Counted from the stretch's first letter, positions 1-9,606 are shown. The stretch is DNA of 51,564 nucleotides from an uncultured Gammaproteobacteria bacterium (GCA_964343355.1 CAYFJC010000002.1:1-51564); one strand, 5' to 3'. Program-made: numbers and translations. The notes: generated from the letters alone by a model not told the origin.

Positions 1-290
1 TAGCGCGCCGTACACCCGGGTGGCGCTCGACTAAAAAGAATAAAGCGGTCGTATCAATTATTTTTTAATCAATTTTACTTTCTTGGCCTACCCCTCAGTC
101 CATTGAGAATTTTCCGGCCTATCGTCACCTCTATCTCACCCAGGGCTAAATAGGGCACCATAAAAAAGGTCAGGGCTGTGCGTACTAGCAGCATGATGTC
201 GTAAAGACAATTTTGCCCCTCGCAAACCGTTGCGATATAAGGGTTTCAAAAATCACGACTATTGAGTGGGAGTAGTTAAACTACCTTTCT

Positions 291-917
291 CTAGGTTTTA
301 GTTCTATCGGAAATCAGATGTCCTACAAAGATAAAAATAGGGCCAACAATCGCAAAAACTGCAACTAACCCGGACATATTTAATAATACATTTCCAATGC
401 CTAGGTCAGCTACGTTCAAAAATGGATAAGGGTAAACATTAGTTAATAATCCTCGGACGATTGATGTCGCTCCATACACGGCAGGAAATATAAGCCAATA
501 GGGAAGGTGTTTATAGAAAATTGGTCGCTTTTCAGCAAAGAATAACCAATCAACAATATAAAGAATAGGCATGACTGTATTCAAGCCTGTGGCGGTCAGC
601 CAAGTGAAACCCTGGGGATCCCAATAAGGAACAATCAACATATGATAAACAACCGATACCATAAGAATATATGATGCGAGAGCTGCACGAACAGCAGGAC
701 GCATGAAAAAATTAGATAACTTTCTATCTGGGTTAAGTAATGGCGCTGTAAATGCAAGCGCAATAAGGATGTTAGCCCAAACTGTGAAATACCCAAAATA
801 GACAAATAATGTTTCAGCAATACTACTTTGCTCACCGATTATCAACATATCGACAAATCTAAGAGATAACACCACCCATGCAATGAGTGCGCACATAATT
901 CTATAGTAATCCTTCAT
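291..917 (-). CDS. Polytopic integral membrane protein, Pr6Pr / AIG1 (FAR-17a)-like family (tentative)
   Basis: 208-aa ORF with an ATG start. About 6 hydrophobic segments. It has the YFGYFTVWANILIAL and MPILYIVDWLFF motifs I associate with Pr6Pr/AIG1-like proteins. The family call is from memory only. Confidence 0.55.
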   Translation of the reverse strand: MKDYYRIMCALIAWVVLSLRFVDMLIIGEQSSIAETLFVYFGYFTVWANILIALAFTAPLLNPDRKLSNFFMRPAVRAALASYILMVSVVYHMLIVPYWDPQGFTWLTATGLNTVMPILYIVDWLFFAEKRPIFYKHLPYWLIFPAVYGATSIVRGLLTNVYPYPFLNVADLGIGNVLLNMSGLVAVFAIVGPIFIFVGHLISDRTKT

Positions 918-1052
918 TTCTCTCTCCGAGTTTGTTAATTAACAACACTATATCAGACTAGGTTAAAGTAAACATATAAGAAGTAATAACCAAATAATAA
1001 TAGCAATTATAGTTCTTCTTATATTTAACTTATTTATTATATTTTTATAATT

Positions 1053-2027
1053 ATGAAACAAAGAAAATTTAAGCCTTTTGGAAATATAAGTTCACTCAGT
1101 TTAGGAGGAGGCGGAATAGGAAATGTTTGGGGTCAAACTAGCAGATCTGAAAGAGTTTCTACTGTGAACTTAGCAATTGAATCAGGAATCAATCACCTTG
1201 ATATGGCTCCAATGTATGGAAAAGGAGAAGCAGAAAGAGTTGTTGGAGAGGTTTTTAAAGGACGAGATCACTCAGCAATAAACCTAACAACCAAATGCAG
1301 ACTTGGAACAGTTAAAGATTCTGAGGTTTATACCAGATTGAACAATTCTCTTTGCAGAAGTCTAGAGACAATGGGAGTAGATAAGGTTAATTTATTTCTC
1401 CTTCACTCCCAACTTATTGAGGATGACTATCAGCTACCTTTTTTGAATGAACACAGAGCTACAAATGCCACCACTCTTTCATGTTATTACAATGCAGTAA
1501 TTCCCGCTTTTGAAATGTTAAAAAAAGAAGGAAAAATTGATCATTGGGGAATTGGACTAGGGCAAGAAGAAGCTCTTATAAAAGCTATAAATTATGAGCA
1601 TCCTCCTGAAGCTATGCAGTGCGCAGTAAATATTTTAAATTCAATTGGTGCTATTGGATATATTAGCGAAAATTCCAACCCAAATAGAGTGCTATTAGAA
1701 TGTCAAAAAAAGGATATACCGATTTTAGCTATCAGAGCTGTTCAAGCAGGGGCGCTTACCTCTGGTATGGATAGAAAACCACATCCCTCAGGAATGGATA
1801 AAGCAGATTTTATAGATTTTGAAAGAGCTTTGCCTTTTAGAAATCTTGCCAAGGAATGGGGGGAATCTCCTGCATCTTTAGCGCATAGATATGCTCTTAG
1901 TGTTAAAAAAGTTGGTTCTGTAATCCTGGGAATTAAAAATAGAAAAGAATTACAGGAATGTATCGATGCAGAAAGTAAGGGAAAACTAAGCTCTTCTGAA
2001 ATGGAAACTCTTCAAAATCTTTTTTAG
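1053..2027 (+). CDS. Aldo/keto reductase family oxidoreductase
   Basis: 324 aa. The Asp/Tyr region GINHLDMAPMYGKGEAERVVGE, Lys in NLTTKCR and His in LFLLHSQ fit the AKR catalytic tetrad D-Y-K-H. Confidence 0.85.
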   Translation: MKQRKFKPFGNISSLSLGGGGIGNVWGQTSRSERVSTVNLAIESGINHLDMAPMYGKGEAERVVGEVFKGRDHSAINLTTKCRLGTVKDSEVYTRLNNSLCRSLETMGVDKVNLFLLHSQLIEDDYQLPFLNEHRATNATTLSCYYNAVIPAFEMLKKEGKIDHWGIGLGQEEALIKAINYEHPPEAMQCAVNILNSIGAIGYISENSNPNRVLLECQKKDIPILAIRAVQAGALTSGMDRKPHPSGMDKADFIDFERALPFRNLAKEWGESPASLAHRYALSVKKVGSVILGIKNRKELQECIDAESKGKLSSSEMETLQNLF

Positions 2028-2053
2028 ATATAAATATTTAGAATAATTTATTA

Positions 2054-3355
2054 TTAAGGTAAAAATATAAATTTCGCTAGAAACACAATAGTAAGAAACC
2101 ATGCTCCTGAAGAAACATTTCTTATATCACCTGCAGATATTTTCATAACCACATATGAAATGAAACCTAAAGCAATTCCATTTGCGATAGAGAACGTTAG
2201 AGGAATCATAATTATAATTATTAACGCAGGCAGAAGCTCGGTAGAGTTCGACCAATCCAATTTTTCCATACCACTTAGCATTAATATAGCAACATAGATC
2301 AAAGCTCCGGCAGTTGCATAAGCTGGAACTATTGCTGCAAGAGGTGAAAAGAAAATTGCGATTAAAAAGAAAAATCCTACAAAAACAGCTGTTAACCCAG
2401 TTCTTCCGCCAGCTTCAACACCTGCAGCACTTTCAACATAACTCGTTACTGGTGCGCAACCAAAAAAAGAGCCAATCACGCTTGAACTGCTATCAGCTTT
2501 TAGAGCTTTTTCAAGGTTAATAACCTCTCCAGATTCGTCGATCAATTTTGCTCTGGTAGCAACTCCCATGAGCGTTCCAGCAGTATCAAATAAATTAACA
2601 AAAAGAAAAGACATAATTACACTAATCATGGCTAGATCAAAAGCTCCTAAAATATCTAATTGCATAAAGATTGGAGATACATCAGGAGGATAGGCTACAA
2701 AACCCTGAAACTGAACAAGGTTAAGCAATACACCAAGAAGAGTTATTGAAAGCACTCCAATAATAATTGCTCCAGAGATCTTTCTTATAGCTAATATCGC
2801 TATTAATAAAAAGCCTAAGGCAGACAATAATGTTTCAATTTCAAGAAAATTACCAAGACTTAAAAAGGTAGCATTATTAGAAACAATAATGCCGCCACTT
2901 TTAAGGCCTATAAAACCTATAAAAAGCCCAACACCTGATCCCATAGCAATTCTAAGATTCAGAGGAATGCTATCCAACATCCATTTTCGTAACGGGGTAA
3001 TGCTCATAATTACAAATAAAATCCCTGCTAAAAATACTGCTCCAAGGGCAACTTCCCATGAATAACCCATTTCACCAACAACTGTGTAGGTAAAAAATGC
3101 ATTTAAGCCCATTCCTGGTGCAAGTCCTACAGGCCAATTTGAATAAATACCCATAGCAAAACAAGCTATTGCTGCAGCTATACATGTTCCAACAAAGCTT
3201 GCTCCCTGATCCATGCCGCTTGAGGCCATCATCTGTGGATTAACAAAAATTATATAGGCCATTGTTATAAAGGTAGTAAATCCTGCTAAAAACTCTTGTT
3301 TTACAGAAGTATTGTGAGACTCAAGTTGAAAGATTTTTTCTAGCATTAATTTCAT
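2054..3355 (-). CDS. NCS2-family purine permease (AzgA-type adenine/guanine/hypoxanthine permease)
   Basis: 433 aa, highly hydrophobic. The N-terminal EFLAGFTTFITMAYIIFVNPQMM is typical of AzgA-like NCS2 permeases. The true start may be the internal Met at MLEKIF. Confidence 0.85.
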   Translation of the reverse strand: MKLMLEKIFQLESHNTSVKQEFLAGFTTFITMAYIIFVNPQMMASSGMDQGASFVGTCIAAAIACFAMGIYSNWPVGLAPGMGLNAFFTYTVVGEMGYSWEVALGAVFLAGILFVIMSITPLRKWMLDSIPLNLRIAMGSGVGLFIGFIGLKSGGIIVSNNATFLSLGNFLEIETLLSALGFLLIAILAIRKISGAIIIGVLSITLLGVLLNLVQFQGFVAYPPDVSPIFMQLDILGAFDLAMISVIMSFLFVNLFDTAGTLMGVATRAKLIDESGEVINLEKALKADSSSSVIGSFFGCAPVTSYVESAAGVEAGGRTGLTAVFVGFFFLIAIFFSPLAAIVPAYATAGALIYVAILMLSGMEKLDWSNSTELLPALIIIIMIPLTFSIANGIALGFISYVVMKISAGDIRNVSSGAWFLTIVFLAKFIFLP

Positions 3356-3516
3356 AAATTATGATGTAAATATTTACAATACAATTTAAACTATAAACAG
3401 ATCTACTACAAAATAATTTTTTACTTTCTTTGGCATATATATTGCATTGATATTATTATTATTAACTTTTAATCGCACTGTTAAATTTAATCTGACTAAG
3501 TGCACGAGGAATTACA

Positions 3517-5859
3517 ATGAAACCCTATTTTTTCTATAATAAATTTTATATAACAGCATTTAGTTTATTACTTAGCTTTAATCTAATTGCACAAGAAAAT
3601 ACTCTATTAATCGAAGAGATTATCGTAACTGCTGAAAAGCGAAGTGAAAGTTTACAAGATATATCTCAAGCAGTTACTGCTTTAAGCAGCTCTGACCTAG
3701 AGGAAAAAAATATTAATTCTTTTGTAGACCTAGGCTCAATCATTCCTGGAGTCACGGTTGCTAAAAACGAGGGTTATAAAACAGTTATTTCGATTCGTGG
3801 AGTTGGAAACGAAACTAATCAAAATGCAATTGCCGCCCCATCAGTAGCATTTCATATGGATGGTATTTTTATAGCATCACCTTTCTCTTTGCAAACAGAC
3901 TTTATTGATATTGATAGAATTGAAGTATTAAGAGGCCCACAAGGCACACTTTTTGGGCAAAACTCAACTGGTGGAGCTGTCAATGTTATAAGTAAAAAAC
4001 CATCAACAGATGAGTTTAGCGGTAAAGCTGATTTAACTTTAGGAAACTATGGCCTAAAAAAATATCGTACCAGCATAAATATGCCTATTAGCGACAAGGT
4101 TGCTACAAGATTCTCTGTTTCATCTACTGAGCGAAATGGATTCAGTAATAATGTCTATACTGGTCAAGATTTAGATGATGCTAATAATATGAGTATAAGA
4201 AGTGATTGGCTTTTTGATCTAAGTGATACATCTAGTTTAAGAATTTTTGGTCAATACTTTGATATAGATCGAAATGGTTCAGCTATGAGGGGTATTGATG
4301 ATCCTACGTCTGGAATGAGAAATTTATCACAAGATACTCTTTCAGAGCACGATCTCACCTCTTATGTTGTTGCTGGTATCTTTGAGTCTGATTTAGGTTA
4401 TGCAAACTTAAAAGCTATGGCTAGCATACAAGAAGATGATATTTCAGTAGTAAGAGATAACGACAGACATAATTATGGCGATCTTGTAAAAGTAATCCCT
4501 GGGTTGGGTGCAGATGCAACTTATCAAAGGTCAGAATTTACTCCTGAAACTTCATTGGTTGAGTCGAAAACATTTGAAATTAATTTAGTTTCTAATGAAC
4601 CCCTTTTTGGATCTTTAGATTGGACTTTAGGCGCGTTTTATATGGAGCATGATATTGAAAATCATATTCGAGGTTATAGAGATAATAATCTTGATGGTGA
4701 AATAATGTATGAATGCAGTAATCCTATTGCTAACCCTGCAAATTGTTATGATCATGATTATGGAATTCCTGGGCGCTTTGATGTATTTGGAGCAGAATGG
4801 GATTTTGTTACCGATGCTTTTCCTAGTAGAGAGTCATATTCTGTCTATGCTCAAACAACTTATAGCTTTAGTGATGATGTTCGTTTAGTTTCCGGTCTTC
4901 GTTATTCAGAAGATTCTTTTGATACAGATGTTACTAACTTTTTTAATGTGGAGACTTTTCAAGCAGCAGGAACAGTAGATAAAATTACAGGTAAAATTGT
5001 CGGTGAGTTTGATCTTGCAGATGACACTATGGCATACGTATCTTTTTCTCAAGGATTCAAGCCAGGCGGAAGTAATTTAACATTTGGTTTTACAGAAGCA
5101 GAAGATGCTGCATCAGGCACTCCATTAGCACCTGCAATGGTATTCCCAACCTATGAAAGTGAAACTGTCGAAGCTTTTGAAGTAGGATTAAAAACTGATC
5201 TTCTAAATGGAAGAGCAAGAGCAAATATTGCTGCATTTACTTATGATTACAAAAATCTTCAATTTCAAGCAACTGATCCTGATCCTTATAGAGGTGGCGT
5301 AGCTAATATTCCTGAATCAGAAATGTCAGGAGTTGAAATTGAGTTCACGGCATTAATATCAGAATCTTTAAGTATGGATATCAATATGGCCTTTCTTAAT
5401 TCAGAAGTTTCATCAGACTATGAGGTTCTTGACAATGTTGATGCATATCAATACTTTTTTGGACAAGAAGACTTACGATATGGACTTAGAGAAAACGTTA
5501 GAGGAAATCAATTAGCAAAAAGCCCAGACTTTACTGCAGATATAAATATGGTTTATGAAACAGAATTATCTTCAGGCAGACTGCTTACAGCAATCCTTCA
5601 ATATGTCCATAGAGGAGAATTTCAACAACGTGTTTCTAATAATTCAGCAGTTGATGCTATAGATGCTTACGATCTGCTTAATGTAACAACAAGATTAGAG
5701 TTCCTTAATGAAGATTGGGGAGTGGATTTTAAATTACTAAATCTAACTGACGAAGACGGAGTAAATTCAAGTATGACTGATGTATTTGGAGTTGCTGCAA
5801 CCGGTTTAGAGTTAATACCACCTCGTCAATTTATGGTTCGTTTAAGTAAAAATTTCTAA
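3517..5859 (+). CDS. TonB-dependent outer-membrane receptor
   Basis: 780 aa. Signal peptide, TonB-box/plug region LIEEIIVTAEKRSESLQDISQAVTAL, beta-barrel-like alternating sequence and a C-terminal aromatic residue (RLSKNF). A GAGGA Shine-Dalgarno sequence precedes the ATG. Confidence 0.9.
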   Translation: MKPYFFYNKFYITAFSLLLSFNLIAQENTLLIEEIIVTAEKRSESLQDISQAVTALSSSDLEEKNINSFVDLGSIIPGVTVAKNEGYKTVISIRGVGNETNQNAIAAPSVAFHMDGIFIASPFSLQTDFIDIDRIEVLRGPQGTLFGQNSTGGAVNVISKKPSTDEFSGKADLTLGNYGLKKYRTSINMPISDKVATRFSVSSTERNGFSNNVYTGQDLDDANNMSIRSDWLFDLSDTSSLRIFGQYFDIDRNGSAMRGIDDPTSGMRNLSQDTLSEHDLTSYVVAGIFESDLGYANLKAMASIQEDDISVVRDNDRHNYGDLVKVIPGLGADATYQRSEFTPETSLVESKTFEINLVSNEPLFGSLDWTLGAFYMEHDIENHIRGYRDNNLDGEIMYECSNPIANPANCYDHDYGIPGRFDVFGAEWDFVTDAFPSRESYSVYAQTTYSFSDDVRLVSGLRYSEDSFDTDVTNFFNVETFQAAGTVDKITGKIVGEFDLADDTMAYVSFSQGFKPGGSNLTFGFTEAEDAASGTPLAPAMVFPTYESETVEAFEVGLKTDLLNGRARANIAAFTYDYKNLQFQATDPDPYRGGVANIPESEMSGVEIEFTALISESLSMDINMAFLNSEVSSDYEVLDNVDAYQYFFGQEDLRYGLRENVRGNQLAKSPDFTADINMVYETELSSGRLLTAILQYVHRGEFQQRVSNNSAVDAIDAYDLLNVTTRLEFLNEDWGVDFKLLNLTDEDGVNSSMTDVFGVAATGLELIPPRQFMVRLSKNF

Positions 5860-5887
5860 TTAGAACAACTTTTATCTCATACGAGTT

Positions 5888-5930
5888 AATGCGAGATTAT
5901 GTTATTATTCATTCAATCTCGCATTTTTTT
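5888..5930 (+). terminator. Rho-independent terminator after the TonB-dependent receptor gene
   Basis: Perfect 11-bp stem aatgcgagatt (5888-5898) / aatctcgcatt (5915-5925) with a 16-nt loop. A T-run to 5930 follows directly. Confidence 0.7.
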
Positions 5931-5938
5931 AAAAACAC

Positions 5939-6508
5939 ATGGACAAACAATTTATACAAGCTAAAGAGCTTCTAAAAGACTCTTTTCAACTTGCCTGGAA
6001 AGTATACGAAAGTGGTTATAGGCCAAATTACATAATAGGAGTTTGGAGAGGTGGCGCACCCATTGGTATCGCCGTTCAAGAATTTCTCGATGTCCTAGGT
6101 GTTAAATCAGATCATATAGCAATAAGAACTTCTTATTACAACGACATAGGAAAGCGCAATGATGAGGTTCAAATTTATGGACTAAATTATGTGATTAGAA
6201 AACTTGAATCAGAAGACTCATTACTCATTGTTGATGATGTTCATGATACAGGCATATCAATCCAACAAATAATTTCAGATATTAAGAAGGCTTGCAAGAA
6301 GAATACTCCTGAAATAAAAATTGCTACACCTTACTTTAAACCTCTTAAAAATAAGACCGATAGAGAACCTGATTACTACCTCCATGAAACTGATCAGTGG
6401 CTTGTTTTTCCTCATGAACTTCAAGGCTTAACTCTAGATGAAATTAAGGACAATAAACCTGAACTCAACAGCTTAATCGATTCAATTAGCCCATTAATTG
6501 ATAAGTAA
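5939..6508 (+). CDS. Type I phosphoribosyltransferase (purine PRTase-like)
   Basis: 189 aa. PRPP-binding motif SLLIVDDVHDTGISI. Its size and N-terminal region resemble the xanthine/hypoxanthine-guanine PRTase-like family. Confidence 0.75.
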   Translation: MDKQFIQAKELLKDSFQLAWKVYESGYRPNYIIGVWRGGAPIGIAVQEFLDVLGVKSDHIAIRTSYYNDIGKRNDEVQIYGLNYVIRKLESEDSLLIVDDVHDTGISIQQIISDIKKACKKNTPEIKIATPYFKPLKNKTDREPDYYLHETDQWLVFPHELQGLTLDEIKDNKPELNSLIDSISPLIDK

Positions 6509-6523
6509 AGTAATTTAAAAAAG

Positions 6524-7696
6524 ATGATAAAAAAAATAACACTAGGATTAACTCTTCTAGTTTTTCTATTAGTTTTCTTAGGTCGGATTTTTCTTCCAGC
6601 TATGCTTGATAAGCAAATGAACCCAGTTTCAGAGCATTTACCTTTTGTCGTGTCAGATAAGGCTAAAGAGTTGCACAAAACACTAATGATAGGTGATTGG
6701 CACTCAGATAGCGCTTTATGGAATCGAGATTTAAGCAAGACTTATGATTATGGTCATGAAGATATACCAAGAATGCAAACAGGAAATGTAGCCTTGCAGA
6801 TGTTTACTACAGTAACTAAATCACCTTCTGGTCAAAATTTTGACAGCAATGAGACGGACGCTAGAGATAATATTACTGCTCTGGCTATTGTCCAAGGTTG
6901 GCCAATTAAGACTTGGTCAAGTCTTACAGAAAGAGCAATCTTTCAGGCAGAAAAAATTCGTGATTTATCAGTTCGAGATTCTAAAAATTTCATGTTGATA
7001 GAGTCTCAATCAGATTTGAAGCAATTTATGATTAAAAGAGAATTAAATCCAACATTAATCGGCGGTCTCATTGGTACTGAAGGATCTCATGCTTTGGATG
7101 GAGACTTAACTAATATACAAAGGCTTTATGACAAAGGTTTTCGAATGATGAGTTTGCATCATTTCTTTGACAATAAGCTTGGGGGATCATTGCACGGGAT
7201 AACCAAGCAAGGATTAACTGATTTTGGAAAGCAGTCCATAGTTGAGATGCTTCGCTTAAATATTATTATTGATGTTTCTCACTCTTCTGAAAGTGTTGTC
7301 AAAGATGTTCTAGATATCACTAATAGACCCATTGTTGTTAGCCACACAGGCTTTAACGGATATTGTGAATCTCCTCGTAATATTAGTGATGATTTAATGC
7401 AATCAATTGCTAAAAAAGGTGGATTAGTTGCTATTGGTTTTTGGGATGGAGCAATTTGTAACAATACTCCTAAATCAGTTGCTGAAGCTATTATGTATGG
7501 GATTGAGCTTATCGGCGTTGATCATGTAGCTTTAGGATCAGATTTTGATGGAACTATTACCCCAGGCTTTGATAGCTCAGAGCTTGTAGCAATAACGCAT
7601 GAATTACTTGAACTGGGCTTAAGTGACCTACAGATTAGAAAGGTGATGGGCGGTAATATGTTTACTTTCTTGCAACAGAACTTACCTATAAATTAA
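6524..7696 (+). CDS. Membrane-anchored dipeptidase, peptidase family M19
   Basis: 390 aa with an N-terminal TM/signal segment. Metal-ligand motifs IGDWHSDSALW, GTEGSHALDG, VVSHTGFNG and ALGSDFDGT are typical of renal-dipeptidase-type M19 enzymes. Confidence 0.85.
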   Translation: MIKKITLGLTLLVFLLVFLGRIFLPAMLDKQMNPVSEHLPFVVSDKAKELHKTLMIGDWHSDSALWNRDLSKTYDYGHEDIPRMQTGNVALQMFTTVTKSPSGQNFDSNETDARDNITALAIVQGWPIKTWSSLTERAIFQAEKIRDLSVRDSKNFMLIESQSDLKQFMIKRELNPTLIGGLIGTEGSHALDGDLTNIQRLYDKGFRMMSLHHFFDNKLGGSLHGITKQGLTDFGKQSIVEMLRLNIIIDVSHSSESVVKDVLDITNRPIVVSHTGFNGYCESPRNISDDLMQSIAKKGGLVAIGFWDGAICNNTPKSVAEAIMYGIELIGVDHVALGSDFDGTITPGFDSSELVAITHELLELGLSDLQIRKVMGGNMFTFLQQNLPIN

Positions 7697-7708
7697 ATAA
7701 AGTTTTAA

Positions 7709-8629
7709 ATGATTAATTATCTTCGTCCTGTTTACCCCTTTCTTCTAGGACTGGGTTTTATTTTATGGTCCACAACATTCTTTAAATTAGCTCTTTTAAA
7801 TAGTTTGGCTCAGTTAGTTCTTTTTACCTTAGTAGTATGTATACCTATTTGGCGAACTGGAAGAATGAGCTATGTAGATATAGGCTGGCCTTGGGGGTTA
7901 GTCTTACTTGGTATTATCAGTTTTTGTTTTAGCGATGGTTACTGGTTGCGATCTCTTATTGTAAGTAGTGTAGTTATATTGATTGGACTTCGCATGGGTC
8001 TAGGTGCTCTAAAAATGTGGCGCTTGGGTTTATTAGAAAAAGAATTTCCTAGATATCAATATCAACGCATAGTTTGGAAAGAAGAGGGTAAAAATAATAC
8101 AGCGCTAGCTTTGCAGATAGATGCTATTGCTCAAGGTTTAGCTAATGCATCATTTTTAGCATTGCCTGTTTTTATTATTGCCTCCAATACTAGTCAAGAG
8201 TTTCTGGTATTAGAGTTAGTCGGTCTTGTTATTTGGATTCTGGCATTTGCCATGGAATCTCTTGCTGATTTTCAGAAGGCTAGCTTTCTCCAAAAAATGA
8301 AGAAAGAGGGCAAACATAGCCAAGTGTGTAATGTTGGTCTTTGGAAATACTGCCGTCATCCTAACTATTTTGCGGAATGGATGGTGTGGAATGGTCTGGT
8401 CATCGCTGCTCTTCCTTCTTGGCTATTGCTTAAAGCTTTTGAAAGTGAACCAGTGTGGTTGTTATTGGGGCTAGGACTTTTATTAGCCTCCAGATTTATG
8501 TATACCACTTTAGTTTATACAACAGGTGCTGTGCCATCAGAATACTTTTCTGCGCAGAAAAGACCTGGCTACAAAGAGTATCAAAAGCAGACAAATCGTT
8601 TTTTTCCAGGACCAAGAAAAGGTCTCTAG
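7709..8629 (+). CDS. DUF1295 family membrane protein (steroid 5-alpha-reductase / ICMT-like fold)
   Basis: 306 aa and polytopic. The C-terminal signature GLWKYCRHPNYFAEWMVW is characteristic of DUF1295. Confidence 0.7.
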   Translation: MINYLRPVYPFLLGLGFILWSTTFFKLALLNSLAQLVLFTLVVCIPIWRTGRMSYVDIGWPWGLVLLGIISFCFSDGYWLRSLIVSSVVILIGLRMGLGALKMWRLGLLEKEFPRYQYQRIVWKEEGKNNTALALQIDAIAQGLANASFLALPVFIIASNTSQEFLVLELVGLVIWILAFAMESLADFQKASFLQKMKKEGKHSQVCNVGLWKYCRHPNYFAEWMVWNGLVIAALPSWLLLKAFESEPVWLLLGLGLLLASRFMYTTLVYTTGAVPSEYFSAQKRPGYKEYQKQTNRFFPGPRKGL

Positions 8630-8730
8630 GTTCTTTAGAACAACTATTGAAAGTGATAAGTCCATGGCATATTATTGCCTCAGCTATATAAAGATATTGA
8701 GTTAAAAAAAGATTTTAAAGGAAAATTAAT

Positions 8731-9606
8731 ATGTCTAAATTTACAGGAAAAACAGCAGTAATCAGTGGCGGCGCTGAAGGGATTGGTTTGTCTATTGCTA
8801 AGGCGCTAGGTGAGCAGAAGATGAATATTGTTCTTACAGATATTAATGAAGAAAATCTTCAAAAAGCTGCTTTAGAGCTTGAAGCAAATGGAGTTTGTGT
8901 ATTGCCTGTTGTACTCGATGTAGCTGAAGAAGATCAGTGGCAAGCTGTAGCAGAGCAAGCTATCGCACGATTTGGAAAAATTCATATGGTGGTAAACAAT
9001 GCTGGAGTAGGTGGAGAATCAGGATCGATCGAAAGTCAGAATAAAAAAGCGTGGCAATGGGCATTAGACGTTAACTTAATGGGCGTAGTTTATGGAGCCA
9101 AAGTCATGGTTCCATTGATAAAGCAGCATGATGAAGGTGGATGGGTTGTAAATGTTGCTTCCATGGCAGGAATGGGCGGCGTTCCCTATAGTGGAGCTTA
9201 TACTGCAACGAAGGCTGCAGTAGTGGCGCTATCGGAAAGTTGGGCTGGAGAGCTTGAGAGTAAAGGTATCAATGTGTCTGTTTTATGTCCCGCTTTTGTT
9301 CAAACGCGTATTTATGATTCTGAAAGAAATCGTCCAGCTCAGTATCAATCTGATATGGTAAATCTAGATAATGAAAATAGTTTTTTTAATAAAGCCAAAG
9401 AAATGGTAAAAAATGGGATTGAAGTTTCTATTGTTGGGAAGAGAGTTGTAGAAGCTCTTAACGATGGAGAATTTTATATATTTACTCATCCTAACTATCA
9501 TGCTGTTATGAAGAAAAGATCTTCAGACATTGATGCAGCATTTAAAAAATCATCAGAAAGTCCATTACTTCAGCATGTTGTAAATCAAAAGATTGAAATG
9601 CTTTGA
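8731..9606 (+). CDS. Short-chain dehydrogenase/reductase (SDR)
   Basis: 291 aa. Cofactor motif VISGGAEGIGLS, NNAGVGG and catalytic YSGAYTATKAAV (YxxxK). Confidence 0.9.
   Translation: MSKFTGKTAVISGGAEGIGLSIAKALGEQKMNIVLTDINEENLQKAALELEANGVCVLPVVLDVAEEDQWQAVAEQAIARFGKIHMVVNNAGVGGESGSIESQNKKAWQWALDVNLMGVVYGAKVMVPLIKQHDEGGWVVNVASMAGMGGVPYSGAYTATKAAVVALSESWAGELESKGINVSVLCPAFVQTRIYDSERNRPAQYQSDMVNLDNENSFFNKAKEMVKNGIEVSIVGKRVVEALNDGEFYIFTHPNYHAVMKKRSSDIDAAFKKSSESPLLQHVVNQKIEML

Noticed and set aside
75-194. A 39-codon minus-strand sORF with a TM helix and basic tail, considered as a type I toxin.
   Set aside because: There is no well-spaced Shine-Dalgarno sequence. An open frame of this length is expected by chance in 45% GC sequence across six frames. 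No antisense RNA promoter is evident. It is mentioned only as a possibility under the 1-290 finding.
1-290. Attempts to identify the GC-rich block as tmRNA, SRP RNA, RNase P RNA, 5S rRNA, or a cobalamin, TPP, c-di-GMP or ykkC riboswitch.
   Set aside because: Only short partial resemblances were found, for example AGGTCAGG...AGCAGC versus the SRP helix 8 motif and CAGGGCTAAA versus the GEMM motif. None has the required flanking pairing or loops, and no tag-peptide frame ends in Ala-Ala-stop. The block is left unassigned and reported as a finding.
932-945. A perfect 14-bp palindrome, ttgttaattaacaa, upstream of the Pr6Pr-like gene. It shares the 11-mer ttgttaattaa with 44381-44391, upstream of rraA.
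   Set aside because: In DNA this AT-rich I estimate several 7+7 palindromes per 50 kb, and about one chance recurrence of an all-A/T-rich 11-mer. There is no adjacent regulator, so it is treated as chance.
3449-3466. A Fur-box-like AT-rich stretch, gatattattattattaac, upstream of the TonB-dependent receptor gene.
   Set aside because: Only about 10 of 19 positions match the Fur consensus, which is not better than background for this composition.
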